Source of the DNA: a virus
Taxonomy: Duplodnaviria; Caudoviricetes
IMG/VR virus record: IMGVR_UViG_2974637922_000001
Coordinates: 64,001 to 128,000 of that record
Length of the DNA: 64,000 nt
Direction: 5' to 3' (one strand)
A model generated the notes under the pieces. That model made no database searches and was not told the DNA's origin. It saw nothing but the letters and a program-made list of their open reading frames with translations. The position numbers were made by a program, and so were the translations under genes. Each line of letters opens with the position of its first letter. Within the stretch, counting starts at the first letter, position 1. Of this stretch, positions 1 to 12,600 are shown one piece after another.

Positions 1-1
1 T

Positions 2-3000
2 CCTCCTACTTTGTTTGAGACAGTATCTGATATCTTTGTCAATACTATTTCAGATAAGGTTTCTGTTGGTTCTAGTATTACTGTTGGTCTTGGCACTCTA
101 TCGGAGGATATGGAAGTTATCAACATCTTCCCTATTAATAAGGCACTTCGGGTTAAGAGACCAGTAGGTTATGGTTTCACACACCCAATTGGTGATGCTG
201 TTAACATTGCTCCTAATTACTTTGATATTAAGAAGAATGTAGATTCATTCCCGTCTGAGATTGATGTTGAGTACTACTTCAACCCACACCAAACAGTGGC
301 AGTTGGATTGGAGACTGGTGTAAGTGTTGGTTTGGTGTATTCAATTGGTACTATCGATAAGAATATCTCAGTACAGACTCAAAGAATATATGCACCATCC
401 CATGGTTTCAGAACTGGTGAGGAGATTACTTTTGAGAAGAATGATACTGATACTGCATTAGTTGTAACAGACGGTAGTACTGTATATACACTACCTGGTG
501 TAGGTAATACAAGTAACGCATATGTTGTATCACTATCCAAAAACTATATTGGTATTAGAACAGTAACAGATGGTCCTGATCTATTCTTCTCTACTGATGG
601 TTCCGATTCTCCTCTATATTCTATTAAGACTAATCGTTTCGCTGAGACTGCATTAGTAGATAGAATTCAGGCAGAAGTTAAAACGAAAACGGATCATAGG
701 TTGGGGAATGACGATCAGATATTTACTGATGTTATTTCTTCTGGAAAATCAGGTGTAGGTACTAACCCCAACATCAAACTTGAGTTCGATGATTCATCAC
801 AATCACTTATTGTAGATCCATACTTCACACAACCTAGTGATATTGATACGGTTAATAACCTAATTAATATCAATAACCACGGTTATACTAATGGGGATAT
901 TGTTCTATATCAAAACTATGGAAGTTCTATTGGTGGTTTAACAACTCATCACAAATATTACACTATTCCCTTTGATAGGGATAAGTTCTATGTTGCTGAA
1001 ACATTTGTTGATGTAAGACCCGGAACTAAACTACCTGTGAATCTAACTTCTGTTGGTATTGGTTCCCATAAGTTCTCCAAGGTCAATCCACCACTACTCA
1101 TCACTAATAATAATGATATTGAGTTTGATGTGTCATCACCAACTCTATTTGGTAAAACACTAGAATTCTTCTTTGATCGGACTCTAACTGAAATATTTGA
1201 TAATAACAGTATAGACAATGTATTTGTTGTTTCTGGTGTATCTACTGAGGGATATGAGGATGCTAGGAAGTCTATTAGATACTCTGATAACAATCCAGAT
1301 GTATTCTTCTATGGTATTACTGAAGGTGGTTATATTTCCACTGCAGATACTGAAGTATCTAGAAACAACTCTATTAGATATGAGGCAAGTGAGTACGCAA
1401 TTGAAGGTAGAGTAACCGTTATAGACGATAGCACCTTTACCTATACACTCAATACTATTCCCGAGAAGCCACTATACACTAATCCTGATACACAACTCTC
1501 ATACAAGACTTCCTCTAGTACTGCTCTAGGTGGTGTTGGTAGATTGAATATCATCTTCAGTGGTAATAACTTCCCAGCTCTACCTGAGTTTGAGGGTATT
1601 CAAACTGAGTATGGGCAGAACGCAACTATCAGAGCAGAGTCTGATGATATTGGAACACTTGCTTCCTTCAGAATCCAGAACGCTGGTTGGGATTACTCCG
1701 CTGATAATACACTTCGCCCCTTTGGTGTTATTCAACCAACCATTAGATTTGATAATAGTGACTTTGTTACTGAGGTTACTGTTCTTGATGGTGGTAATGG
1801 ATATCAGAACCCCCCTAATGCTGTTCTAGTAGACTCTGTAACAAGAGAAGTAGTAGATAATGGATCTATCATCCTAGAGGTACAATCATCCACCATCACA
1901 GATGTTATTGTTGAGGTTGCTCCTTCTGGTTTATCCAAGGATCTCCAAGAACTATGGACTGTCAATAATAGTAATGGTATTCCTATCCTACTAATTGGTA
2001 ACATTGATAATGTTGCTGGTGTAGTTACATATACAGTACAGACTCCTATTGAGGGTTATGCAACACCACCATTCTCAGTTGGTGATAGAGTATTTGTTGA
2101 GAATATTCTAGTAGATCAAGATGCTCCCCCCTCTAAACTCAATTCTGGTGATTATGGGTATCAGTTCTTGGAAGTTGTTGCCGTAACACCAACAAACCCA
2201 ATCACTATTGGTATTCAGTATCCTGAAGAAGCTATTGGTAACCTAGGTTATGGTGTTACTTTCCAACAGGCTTTCTCTGGTATTGTTAACGAGGATATCT
2301 ATCCTAAGTTTGCAGTACAACAGACAACTGCAGTCTTCCTAGAGGGTGAGAGACTTTCTATCTTTGATTCCTTTGGTAATCTTGATGAGACTGACCTAGT
2401 TGTGGAAGAGTCCAACACTAGTTTCTTTAAAGTTACTGGAAACTATGATTTATTGGTTGGTGATGTACTCAAGGGTAACAATAGTGGTGTTATTTTAACT
2501 GTTACTGAAATTGACAGTAGTAGTTGTAGATATCTAGTTGATTCTATCTCCAGAATCAACACTGGTTGGAACGATAAGACAGGTTTCCTTAATGAGGAGA
2601 CACAGAACCTACCAGATAACGATTACTATCAGAATCTATCTTACTCCATTAAGAGTACAATTAACTTCGAGGAACTTATCAACCCAGTCAATAGATTGGT
2701 ACATCCTTCTGGTCTAAAGAACTTCTCTGATACCAAGATTGAGTCCATTGGTGATATTGGTGTTGGTAGTAGTGAGAGCTCTGAGTCAACAGTTACTATT
2801 GACTTTATTGGTCTAACTGATATAGCAGAAACTCCACTGAGAGTTGATCGCATCAATGTATTCGACTTGGGTTGGGATGCCAATGTCAATAACAACAGAT
2901 CTAACGCCATTAGACTTCAGAGTAGAACTCCTAACAAGAGACTAACTGACTATATCGAAGTTCGTACTAACAGAGTATTGATGCATGACGACATCAGTAA

Positions 3001-6000
3001 CGAGTTTATTGACTCAGATAACGCCTCTTCCAAGTCCCCCTATAGTGAGTTCAATATTATCACTGGTGAGTATACCAGAGGATTGGTTCAGGCAAGAAAT
3101 CCCTTCACCGATCAAGTTCAATTCACTGAGATTATTGTTTTATCAGTTGATAACAGTGCCTTCACTTTACAGAAGGCGAGTATCTCTGATAATGATCTTG
3201 GTTATGGTATCTTTGAGGGTAGATCTTTAGCTAGTAGTGAATATCAAATGAGATTCACTCCCTTCAACACAGATGATTTTGATATTGACCTAAAACTACT
3301 ATCCCATAAGTTTATCTTTAGTGGTGAGTCAGCTGAAGAGATTGGATATGTAAACCTAGCCGGTAATACACTATCTACACCAGACGCTGCTAGTACTCAA
3401 ATATATGGAGCTAGTAATAGTAATAATAGAGCAGTTGTTGTTCACGCAAATATTACCACAATTGATGGTCTTCTTTATTACTATGAGATATATGCTTTTA
3501 CTGATGGTACTGATGTATACTATGCACCTTATGGTTATAGTAGTGATGTACTAAAGGGTTTCAATAGTGAGTTGGATGGTGATTTTAACGCCACACTACA
3601 AGGTGGTAAGTTGGCAATCTACTTCACTAATAATACTGGTGGTCCAGTTAGTATCACCACCAAGTCTATTGAGTTCAAGCAGTCTTTCAGTGGAACATCA
3701 CCTTATAGATTTAAGAAAAATAATGTTCCTGATACTGAAGAAAGAAGTATTATTCTAGACTCAGTATCCACTGCGGGTGTTAGTACACAAACCACTGAGG
3801 TATTCAGATACGACACCACTCTATTCCAGAGTGTTAGATCTATCGTTCATATCTCTGGTACGGATGTTGGTGCCATTCATCAGGTAATGACTATCAATAG
3901 TGATGGTTCTACTTATTGTGAAGTGTATCCTTTCATTACTGAGGGTGATGAGGTAGATTCTACTTCTGGTATTGGTACCTTTGGTTCATCAATTGATGGA
4001 ACTGATATGGTTCTAACTTTCTATCCAGATGCAGCTATTGGAAGTCAGGCACTAACTCTCACCTCCTATAACGAAACATTCTATAGAGAATTGGATGAAG
4101 TTAACTACACATTCGGTAGACCATTAGTTTATTCTGAGAGTGAGGAGAACTACTACCTAGAGAGGTATATTGCTCCTCTAGGTTTGAGAAACAACCTACT
4201 TAGATTCCCTCTGACATACGAAGGTATTCCCATCTATGAGAAGGCATTTGATCCAGCAACTACAATTAGCATAAACAACGGTAATTTGACATTGTTCAAC
4301 ATTACTGAGCACTTCTTTAGTCCAGCTGAAGAACTATATTACCTACCAGATACAACTTTAGCTAACAACCTCAAATCTCCTATCGAGATTCAACCAGTTG
4401 TTGATTATAGAGGTATAACAACTTCTACAATGCCTGACAGAGTGTATGCCATCAAGAGGGATCTAAATGTATTCCAACTAGCACCAACTGCATCTGATGC
4501 ACTTGCTGGTCAAGCAATTGTTATCACTGGGTTTGGTACTGGTATTTCCCATAGATTGGGTATGATGAAGAAGCTAGAGAAGACTATCATTACCATTGAT
4601 GGTGTTATCCAGTCTCCTATTACTAGCGCACTCAAAACATTCAATCTAGATGCACCACTAGGTTTTGATGACGAATATGCAGTTCTAACTGGTATTGGTA
4701 CTATTCGTGTTGGTGATCTATTTCTAATTGATGAGGAGTACTTAAAGATTGATAATGTTGGATTATCTACATCACAGACTGGTCCTATTAGTAATACTGG
4801 TACTATTCCTCTAATTGAAATTAGTAGAGGTGTTGTTGGTTCTTCCGCAACTAGTCATACTAGTGGTTCTGATCTCGATCTATACAGAGGTAGCTTCAAT
4901 ATTGTTGAGAGTGACGTTGTATTCACCGAAGCACCTGCTGGTAGGGGTGAGATTAATATCAATGAGTCCAACCTAGTACAGGTTAACTCATCATTCCAAG
5001 GTAGAACATTCCTACAGAGAGAGTATGATCAGATTGCACTATTTGATGATATCAGTGATTTGTTCAATGGTTCAGATTATGAGTTCAACATTACTTCCGC
5101 TGGTAGTACTATTGGTGAGATTGAGAATGGTTCTGGTGTTCTAACCATCAACGATATCTACCAAACTCCAACTACCGATAACAACGCAGGTAACAACTAT
5201 TTCTATAGTTATGGAGCACAAACTGGTATCAATACTCTAACCTTTACTGGTATTACTTCCACTAATGGTCAGAGAGTTGAGTCTAGATTTGATATCAATC
5301 AGAACCAGATTCCTCGCGGTGGTGTTATCGTATCACTAGGTTCTACACCTGGTTTGGGATACGCCCCACTCTATGGAGCAAAGATAACTCCAGTAGTTAC
5401 TGGTGGTGTTATTACTGATATTGTATCGACCAATAGAGTTGGTTTTACAACTGATGTTCTTTGGGCAGACTATGATAACGAAACTGGTGACTTGGTTGTT
5501 TCTGGTATTGGATCGGCACTAACCACACAGTTCAACATCACAGATGCCGACTATCGTAACACCTCCGGCGTCCTAATTATCACGAGCGCAACTTCTCTAA
5601 TATCTGCTGGTATCAACCCAGGTGATATTATGTATCTGAGAGGTATGGACTTCTCCTGTACTTCAGGTGGAGCACCTGCCACACTTACATACCCAGACCA
5701 AGACCCAGTATACGCTGTGGATAGGATTGTAGATGAATTTAGGTTCTCAGTGAACGCTGGAATATCTACTATTCCACATACTTATGTTTCTGGTGGTACC
5801 TGGCAAAAGTATTCACCATTCCAGTTTGGAAGGGAACAGATTAACCCCAAACAGGTTTATCTAAATGGTTTGGAGTTTGATTGTACCAATAGTCCATTCA
5901 TCACTACCAATATCTTCCCTGATAGTTTCGAGTCAGCATCTTTTGTTACTCGTGATGATGATGCACACTTCAGACTAAACGTTGGTATCGCAAGTTTCAC

Positions 6001-8071
6001 ACACGACTATGTTGGTAGTGGAATCTTTGGTCAGTATATTGAAAACAACCCAGGTTCTGGTTATATCGATAGAGTTTCTATCGCAGTTACTGATCCCAAC
6101 CACTCTGGAACACCTGCAGAGATTGTGGGTATCCCAACTGCTGGTGGTGAGTTATCATTCACAATTATTGGTGGTGGTTCTGGATATAACCAACCAACCA
6201 CAGATACCTTTGCTCCTGATCCAGCATACTTTAACCTTCCAGTTATTGGTGTATCTAGGAGAAATATTGGATTCACAACTATCACTGGTAAGAATCTCTT
6301 TGTAACTGTTGAGGTATCAGCAGCAACCACCACGGCAATCGGTCGTAGTGAGTTCTTTGAAGTTAGTGGTTACCAAATCACTAACCAGGGTTATGGTTTT
6401 GAAGAAGGTGATGTTATTGAGGTTGTTGGTATTCCTACTGATAAGAATCTATCCCAACCAATTGAACCCTTCCAACTCACAGTTCTAGACACCTTCACCG
6501 ATAACTTCTCCGCCTGGAACTTCGGTGAAACTGATTATATTGATAGTATCAAGACTCTACAGGATGGTTCAAGACTTAACTTCCCACTTTCATACAAAGG
6601 TGAGGAACTATCCTTCGAATCAAATCCCTCCAATGAAGACTCTGCGGCAATTGATTTAGACGCTATCCTCCTCATCTATGTGAATACAGTACTACAAGTA
6701 CCTGGTGTAAGTTATGAGTTTACTGGTGGTAACACCTTTACATTCTCACAACCACCATTCCCACAGGATGATGTTGATATTTACTTCTATAGAGGTAAGA
6801 GGAATATTGATAGTACAGTTATTACTGAAATTGATGAATCTATTAGACCTGGTGATCAGTTACAACTTGTTAAAAACAATAAGTACAATGACAATGTATT
6901 CATTGACCTAACCAGAACACAGGACCTTAGAACAGTCACAGAGATTGCTTCTTCTGACACAGTTAGAACTAATATCTACTTTGGTAACAAAGACTTAGAT
7001 ACTCTAAGAGAAAGGCAAGTCGGTTGGGAAAAACAGAAGAGAGATATCTTCATCTATGGTGAACCAGCACCTAAGACTAGAGATAGTCTAGAACCTGTTA
7101 TTGTACCAACAGCGGCAATCATCAGAGATACCTCCAAATCACAAACAGAACTCTTTGTTAGTAACTCTGAGATATTTGTTTATGAAGAAGATGTTCCTGG
7201 TTCTAGTATTGTTCTAACCAATATCAGTGGTGAGATCTATAGACCAGTTGAGTATAAGTACAATCCACCAGTACTATTCGAACCCGCGTCAATACGCGCG
7301 AATGTAGATGGTAATGGTAAAGTAACTTCACTCACAATCCTAGACGCAGGACAAGGTTACCCAACAGGTACTGAAATCACTATTGGTATTTCTTCCACGG
7401 GTGATAGGGCAGAGGTTGGTACTACTATCCTCAATCCAATTGATGGTTCTATTATCTCTGTTATCCTATCTAAGAGTGGATCTGGTTACAATCAAAGTAA
7501 CCCACCATTCGTTCTTATTTCAGAACCACAGGTAGATATTGAACCTTTGGAACTTATTCCAAATATCCAAGGTTTCAGTGGTATTGTTACTGGTATTCAG
7601 GCAACTACAGGTTCCTCTGGGGCAACCAAGGGTATCCGGGTATTCTACACAGTAGATTCCACAGTTGTTGCTTCTGAACTAAATGCAGGTTACTCAGTTG
7701 TTCTATCTAATACTGTTGTTGGTAATGGTGTTGAAACTATCGGAACTAACGCAGCAACCGTGGTTGGTTTGGGAACACAGTTCCTAGATGCTGTTTATGA
7801 GATTAGGTCTAATGGTAACCTAGGAATAAATGGTGTATGGGAAGCAAATGTATCCAATGGAACTAACATATCTGGTATTGATATTTCTGGAGATAACCTC
7901 GGAAGTTTCAGCTGGGGTAGGTTATCCAATGTTCCAAGAGATATTGATTTGGCACTCTCATACAATGTAGATGGAACTACATACTCACCCAATATGGATA
8001 ACTACCCAACTCTCAAGAGAAGTAGTGAAGGTCTCCGTAACGAAGGTGGTATCGCTAAGAGGGTTCTGTAG
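2..8071 (+). CDS. Very large baseplate wedge protein (gp7-like), 5'-truncated by the window edge
   Basis: Frame is open from base 2; >2686 aa; beta/Gly-Ser-Thr-rich with repeated 'G.GY..P' modules; immediately upstream of gp8, as in T4-like cyanophages. Confidence 0.75.
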   Translation, partial: PPTLFETVSDIFVNTISDKVSVGSSITVGLGTLSEDMEVINIFPINKALRVKRPVGYGFTHPIGDAVNIAPNYFDIKKNVDSFPSEIDVEYYFNPHQTVAVGLETGVSVGLVYSIGTIDKNISVQTQRIYAPSHGFRTGEEITFEKNDTDTALVVTDGSTVYTLPGVGNTSNAYVVSLSKNYIGIRTVTDGPDLFFSTDGSDSPLYSIKTNRFAETALVDRIQAEVKTKTDHRLGNDDQIFTDVISSGKSGVGTNPNIKLEFDDSSQSLIVDPYFTQPSDIDTVNNLININNHGYTNGDIVLYQNYGSSIGGLTTHHKYYTIPFDRDKFYVAETFVDVRPGTKLPVNLTSVGIGSHKFSKVNPPLLITNNNDIEFDVSSPTLFGKTLEFFFDRTLTEIFDNNSIDNVFVVSGVSTEGYEDARKSIRYSDNNPDVFFYGITEGGYISTADTEVSRNNSIRYEASEYAIEGRVTVIDDSTFTYTLNTIPEKPLYTNPDTQLSYKTSSSTALGGVGRLNIIFSGNNFPALPEFEGIQTEYGQNATIRAESDDIGTLASFRIQNAGWDYSADNTLRPFGVIQPTIRFDNSDFVTEVTVLDGGNGYQNPPNAVLVDSVTREVVDNGSIILEVQSSTITDVIVEVAPSGLSKDLQELWTVNNSNGIPILLIGNIDNVAGVVTYTVQTPIEGYATPPFSVGDRVFVENILVDQDAPPSKLNSGDYGYQFLEVVAVTPTNPITIGIQYPEEAIGNLGYGVTFQQAFSGIVNEDIYPKFAVQQTTAVFLEGERLSIFDSFGNLDETDLVVEESNTSFFKVTGNYDLLVGDVLKGNNSGVILTVTEIDSSSCRYLVDSISRINTGWNDKTGFLNEETQNLPDNDYYQNLSYSIKSTINFEELINPVNRLVHPSGLKNFSDTKIESIGDIGVGSSESSESTVTIDFIGLTDIAETPLRVDRINVFDLGWDANVNNNRSNAIRLQSRTPNKRLTDYIEVRTNRVLMHDDISNEFIDSDNASSKSPYSEFNIITGEYTRGLVQARNPFTDQVQFTEIIVLSVDNSAFTLQKASISDNDLGYGIFEGRSLASSEYQMRFTPFNTDDFDIDLKLLSHKFIFSGESAEEIGYVNLAGNTLSTPDAASTQIYGASNSNNRAVVVHANITTIDGLLYYYEIYAFTDGTDVYYAPYGYSSDVLKGFNSELDGDFNATLQGGKLAIYFTNNTGGPVSITTKSIEFKQSFSGTSPYRFKKNNVPDTEERSIILDSVSTAGVSTQTTEVFRYDTTLFQSVRSIVHISGTDVGAIHQVMTINSDGSTYCEVYPFITEGDEVDSTSGIGTFGSSIDGTDMVLTFYPDAAIGSQALTLTSYNETFYRELDEVNYTFGRPLVYSESEENYYLERYIAPLGLRNNLLRFPLTYEGIPIYEKAFDPATTISINNGNLTLFNITEHFFSPAEELYYLPDTTLANNLKSPIEIQPVVDYRGITTSTMPDRVYAIKRDLNVFQLAPTASDALAGQAIVITGFGTGISHRLGMMKKLEKTIITIDGVIQSPITSALKTFNLDAPLGFDDEYAVLTGIGTIRVGDLFLIDEEYLKIDNVGLSTSQTGPISNTGTIPLIEISRGVVGSSATSHTSGSDLDLYRGSFNIVESDVVFTEAPAGRGEININESNLVQVNSSFQGRTFLQREYDQIALFDDISDLFNGSDYEFNITSAGSTIGEIENGSGVLTINDIYQTPTTDNNAGNNYFYSYGAQTGINTLTFTGITSTNGQRVESRFDINQNQIPRGGVIVSLGSTPGLGYAPLYGAKITPVVTGGVITDIVSTNRVGFTTDVLWADYDNETGDLVVSGIGSALTTQFNITDADYRNTSGVLIITSATSLISAGINPGDIMYLRGMDFSCTSGGAPATLTYPDQDPVYAVDRIVDEFRFSVNAGISTIPHTYVSGGTWQKYSPFQFGREQINPKQVYLNGLEFDCTNSPFITTNIFPDSFESASFVTRDDDAHFRLNVGIASFTHDYVGSGIFGQYIENNPGSGYIDRVSIAVTDPNHSGTPAEIVGIPTAGGELSFTIIGGGSGYNQPTTDTFAPDPAYFNLPVIGVSRRNIGFTTITGKNLFVTVEVSAATTTAIGRSEFFEVSGYQITNQGYGFEEGDVIEVVGIPTDKNLSQPIEPFQLTVLDTFTDNFSAWNFGETDYIDSIKTLQDGSRLNFPLSYKGEELSFESNPSNEDSAAIDLDAILLIYVNTVLQVPGVSYEFTGGNTFTFSQPPFPQDDVDIYFYRGKRNIDSTVITEIDESIRPGDQLQLVKNNKYNDNVFIDLTRTQDLRTVTEIASSDTVRTNIYFGNKDLDTLRERQVGWEKQKRDIFIYGEPAPKTRDSLEPVIVPTAAIIRDTSKSQTELFVSNSEIFVYEEDVPGSSIVLTNISGEIYRPVEYKYNPPVLFEPASIRANVDGNGKVTSLTILDAGQGYPTGTEITIGISSTGDRAEVGTTILNPIDGSIISVILSKSGSGYNQSNPPFVLISEPQVDIEPLELIPNIQGFSGIVTGIQATTGSSGATKGIRVFYTVDSTVVASELNAGYSVVLSNTVVGNGVETIGTNAATVVGLGTQFLDAVYEIRSNGNLGINGVWEANVSNGTNISGIDISGDNLGSFSWGRLSNVPRDIDLALSYNVDGTTYSPNMDNYPTLKRSSEGLRNEGGIAKRVL

Positions 8072-8076
8072 GGTGT

Positions 8077-8084
8077 TATAAATA
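8077..8084 (+). promoter_or_regulatory. T4-type late promoter TATAAATA (gp55-dependent)
   Basis: Exact TATAAATA in the intergenic region before gp8, followed by a GGGTTTAGG/CCTAAATCC hairpin (8085-8110). Confidence 0.8.
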
Positions 8085-8122
8085 GGGTTTAGGTACTGTA
8101 TCCTAAATCCTGTATATACACA

Positions 8123-9667
8123 ATGGCTGCTTTAATCACAGATGATTTTAGGCTGTTTAACGCCGACAACTTCATCGAATCTGTAACTGATCCGAATAAC
8201 TCATATTATATCTTTGTAGGTCTTCCCAACCCGGTTGGTGGAGGCTATGGTAGATCCCTTAATTGGAATAATGATCCACCACAACCCATCGATAACTTCG
8301 CATACCTCCGTCATTGTTATGACACTATGATGTATGGACGAAGAATCACGCCTGGAAATGTCAAGAGGGTGATTCGTCGTATCAACTGGGTCAAGGGGAC
8401 CAGATACGATCAGTATCGAGATGACTATAGTGTGAATAACGTTTCACCTAATACTGGTTCCACCAGACTATACGATGCCAACTATTACATTATTAATAGT
8501 GAGTTTAAAGTATATACTTGTTTGAGTAATGGTTCTAACGGCAATAACCCTAAGGGTGCTGGATCTGAGGATGAACCTAACTTTGTAGACACTGAACCGT
8601 CCGCAGCAGGTTCCAGTGGTGATGGATACATATGGAAGTATTTGTTTACAGTATCTCCTTCCGACGTTATCAAGTTCGATAGTACCGACTACATCACTGT
8701 ACCCAATGACTGGGGTACAACTGATAACTCACAGATTGTTGCCATTAGAGAAAGTGGAGACTCCCTCATCAATGATAGTCAACTAAAACAAGTTTATGTT
8801 GATATCCAAGGTGTTGGATATGCTGGAGGTATAGGTCAGGAGTTACCTATTATTGGTGATGGTGAAGGTGCTAGAGCCATTGTTGATGTCAACTCTGGAC
8901 GTGTTACTAACGCTATTATTGCCAAGGGTGGTAAGAACTATAGTTGGGGTTTGGTTGATCTTGGTACTATCAATCAGAGTGCTACAACAGCAGCCAAACT
9001 AGATGTTATCATCCCACCCTCAAGAGGACATGGTTATGATATCTACCAAGAACTAGGTACCGACAGGGTTCTAGTATATGCTAGATTTGATGACTCTACT
9101 CAAGACTTCCCTATTGATACTAAGTTTGCTCAGATTGGTTTAGTTAGAAACCCAACAGTTAATGGATCTAACCAGATCTTCACTGAGAACACATTCACTT
9201 CCTGTGAATCACTCAAGATGTTATCTTTCAGTGGTGGTGTAGAAGTTGGTGATATTATCAATCAAGATACTACAGAAGGTACCGCTAGAGGATATGTTGT
9301 TTCCTTTGATGAGGAAACAAAGGTTATGAAGTATATCCAGGATAGGTCACTATACTATAACCCCAATACATATGATAATACTGACTATGTTGGTATTACT
9401 ACTAGTGGAAAGAAGATCTCCTTTGAGTCTAATCTAAACCCAGTTATTACTAACGACGGTTTCCTATCTACTGTTGATACAACCTTTAATGGATCTACCG
9501 AAACAGTGGGTGCCAAATCAGTAGAACTCGGTGTAGAATTCACAAATGGGGTTGCAGTATCGGAGATAAATACTCAGAGTGGTGAGATACTTTACTTGGA
9601 TAACAGACCAGTAGTACCCAGGAATCCACGACAAAAAGAAGACGTTAAGATCATCTTGGAATTCTAA
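8123..9667 (+). CDS. g8: Baseplate wedge subunit gp8
   Basis: N-term 'MAALITDDFR', 'RRINW..GT.YD.YRDDY', 'DGYIWKYLF', C-term 'RNPRQKEDVKIILEF' typical of cyanophage gp8. Confidence 0.85.
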   Translation: MAALITDDFRLFNADNFIESVTDPNNSYYIFVGLPNPVGGGYGRSLNWNNDPPQPIDNFAYLRHCYDTMMYGRRITPGNVKRVIRRINWVKGTRYDQYRDDYSVNNVSPNTGSTRLYDANYYIINSEFKVYTCLSNGSNGNNPKGAGSEDEPNFVDTEPSAAGSSGDGYIWKYLFTVSPSDVIKFDSTDYITVPNDWGTTDNSQIVAIRESGDSLINDSQLKQVYVDIQGVGYAGGIGQELPIIGDGEGARAIVDVNSGRVTNAIIAKGGKNYSWGLVDLGTINQSATTAAKLDVIIPPSRGHGYDIYQELGTDRVLVYARFDDSTQDFPIDTKFAQIGLVRNPTVNGSNQIFTENTFTSCESLKMLSFSGGVEVGDIINQDTTEGTARGYVVSFDEETKVMKYIQDRSLYYNPNTYDNTDYVGITTSGKKISFESNLNPVITNDGFLSTVDTTFNGSTETVGAKSVELGVEFTNGVAVSEINTQSGEILYLDNRPVVPRNPRQKEDVKIILEF

Positions 9668-9670
9668 TCA

Positions 9671-12600
9671 ATGTCTCAGATTAACCTAGATACCAGCCCA
9701 TACTTTGACGACTTCGATCCGTCAAAGGACTACTATAAAGTACTCTTCAAGCCAGGATTCCCGGTTCAAGCAAGAGAACTTACCACTCTGCAATCAATTT
9801 TACAGAACCAGGTAAGTAACTTTGGAAAGCACCTCTTCAAAGAGGGATCCATGGTTATCCCTGGTAGTATAACTTATAATGCAAAGTATGAGTCTATTGT
9901 CATAAACAAACAACAGGGTGGTATCGACGTTTCTCTATATGCTTCTCGACTAGTTGGTAAAACTATTCAGGGTAAAACTAGCGGAGTTACCGCTAAGGTT
10001 ATTAACTTCCTACTACCACCAAATAACGGAGTAACAAGCCCAACAATCTTTGTTTCATATATCAATAGTGGTTCGGATGCGGCAACAACTGTTTTCGACA
10101 ATAACGAGGAGTTAATTTCCACTTCCGACATTGTATATGGTAATACTACAATTACTGCCGGGACTACATTTGCTAGTACTATTTCAACTCTATCCACAGC
10201 GGTAGGTTCTGCTGCCCAGATCAGAGATGGTATCTACTTCATTCGGGGTTTCTTTGCTCAGGTTCGTGAAAGTGTAGTAATCTTAGAACCTTTTAGTAAT
10301 ACTCCTTCATATAGAGTTGGTCTACAGATCACTGAACAGGTTATTACTGCTGGTCAGGACAACTCACTATATGATAACGCCAAGGGGTTCAATAACTTCT
10401 CAGCACCAGGTGCGGATAGACTAAAAATATCCACCAAACTTATTAAGAAACCACTAGACGATTATAATGATACTAACTTTGTAGAGTTATTACGTGTTGA
10501 TAACGGTGAAGTTAAGAAAATTGCGGAGAATAGTGACTATAATATCATTAAGGACTACCTAGCACAAAGAACCTATGAGGAGTCTGGTGACTATACCCTG
10601 TTTGGTATGGGTATTAAAGTTGCAGAGTCATTAAGTGATAACTTAGGTAACGGTGGTGTATATCAGTTTGATCAGAAAACAGAGCAAGGGGGAACACCCA
10701 CTGACGATCTAGCGGTAGTTAAAGTATCTGCTGGTAAGGCATATGTTCGAGGTTATGACATCAATAATCCTGGAACTGTTAACCTAGACATCAACAAACC
10801 CAGAACAACAGAGAACGTCGAAGCAAGTTCCGTTCCCTTTGAGATGGGAAGTAAGTTCTTCATCAATAACGTTACAGGAACTCCTGTTATTGGTCTAGAC
10901 GTTAATGATAATATCGTCGAACTATACAATGGTCGTGTAGATGGTGCAGGGTCCTCCACAGGAGATCTTATTGGTGAGTCTCGTGTATATTCCTATTCCC
11001 TAGAAGACGCACCCTATACAGGTCCTTCTACACCTTGGAACCTATATCTATATGATACTCAGATCTTTACCAAACTAACTCTAAATGTAGATGCAACTGG
11101 TAATATCCTAACTTCATATAAGGTGAGGGGTCTCAGTAGTAACGCTACTGGTTATGTTCGTTCTGTTAGTACCACAGAAGTAGTTCTAACTCAGGTATCT
11201 GGTGAATTTATCAGAAACGAAGCTATTTCTGTTAATGGAAAGATATCCAGTTCACTTAGTGTATCTTTAGTTGATAGTTACAGGAATAACGATGTTAGAT
11301 CCATTAGCCAGGCAAGTTCCTCACTAGATCCAAACATTGAAGTTGACTTTAGTGCAGATACTCTCCAATACTCTGCTATCCCAACTGGTTTCACAGCTTC
11401 AGATTCAGTTACAATCACTACTGGTGGTGTTGTTACTTGTCCTGGTAGAATATTTGATGCTTTCCGAGTTGGTGATGTTATTGGATATCAGAAAGCTGGA
11501 TCAGAAGTAATTACATACAATCAAGTATTATCACTCAACGCCACTAACACCAGTATTACTGTTGATGCAGTTGCAAATGTTGCTGGTGTTTGTGATGGAA
11601 CTTTACCTTCATCCGAAACTAGATCTGGTATTAGGTTATACAACTCTAGACTCCTTAACCAAGAGATTTCTCAGTTATATGCAACTTTAGAAGAGAGGAA
11701 TATTTCCAGTGTTGATTTGGCATCATCGTCATTAACCTTCGCCAAACAGATCAACAACTTATCTACAGATGCTAGTGGTGTTCTAACTGTAAATGTATCC
11801 GACCTAGATGTTTCTGGTGCGGTATTTGAAGCCTTTGATCAAGAGAGATATAGTATTCATTATTCCAATGGAACTACACAATCTCTTAGTTCTAGTCAGG
11901 TAACTATTACATCCTCAACAGCAGAATTTACAAACTTACTCCCAAGTCAGACAACCAACGTAACACTCAATTGTACTGCTATCAAGACTGGTATTAAGTC
12001 TAAGACTAAAGTTCTACTTAGGTCTCAACTATTAGAAGTTACCAAGGCAAGCAGTGGTATTTCTACTGTGGCTCAGGGTTTGGGACAAAATGACTACTAT
12101 GGTTTAAGGGTTGATGATGAAGAGATCTCACTAAATGTATCAGATGTAACTAATATTGTTGCTGTATATGAGTCATTGGATGATGGTACCCCAACGTTTG
12201 ATGTTCTAGGTTTTGTCAATGGTTTAGAACTAGACACTAGAGTTGCAGTTGGAGAACAGATCAAGGGTGATGTATCTGGTGCTATTGCTCGGGTTGTTAC
12301 AGTTGCAACACCTGCTTCAGTCAATATTGTATACCTAACTGAATCAACTTTTGAAGTTGGTGAATTAGTTACGTTTATGGAATCCAAGATTGAAACTAAT
12401 CTTCAATCTATTACAGAAGGTAACTACAGTAACATTACAAACAGATTTACACTTGATAAAGGACAACGTGAACAGTTCTATGACTATTCTCGTCTAGTCA
12501 GGAATAAGAATGCTAAAGCACCTAACAAGAGAATACTAATCATCTATGATAGATTCGCTGTTCCAGTGAATGACAAAGGTGATTTCTACACTGCCAATAG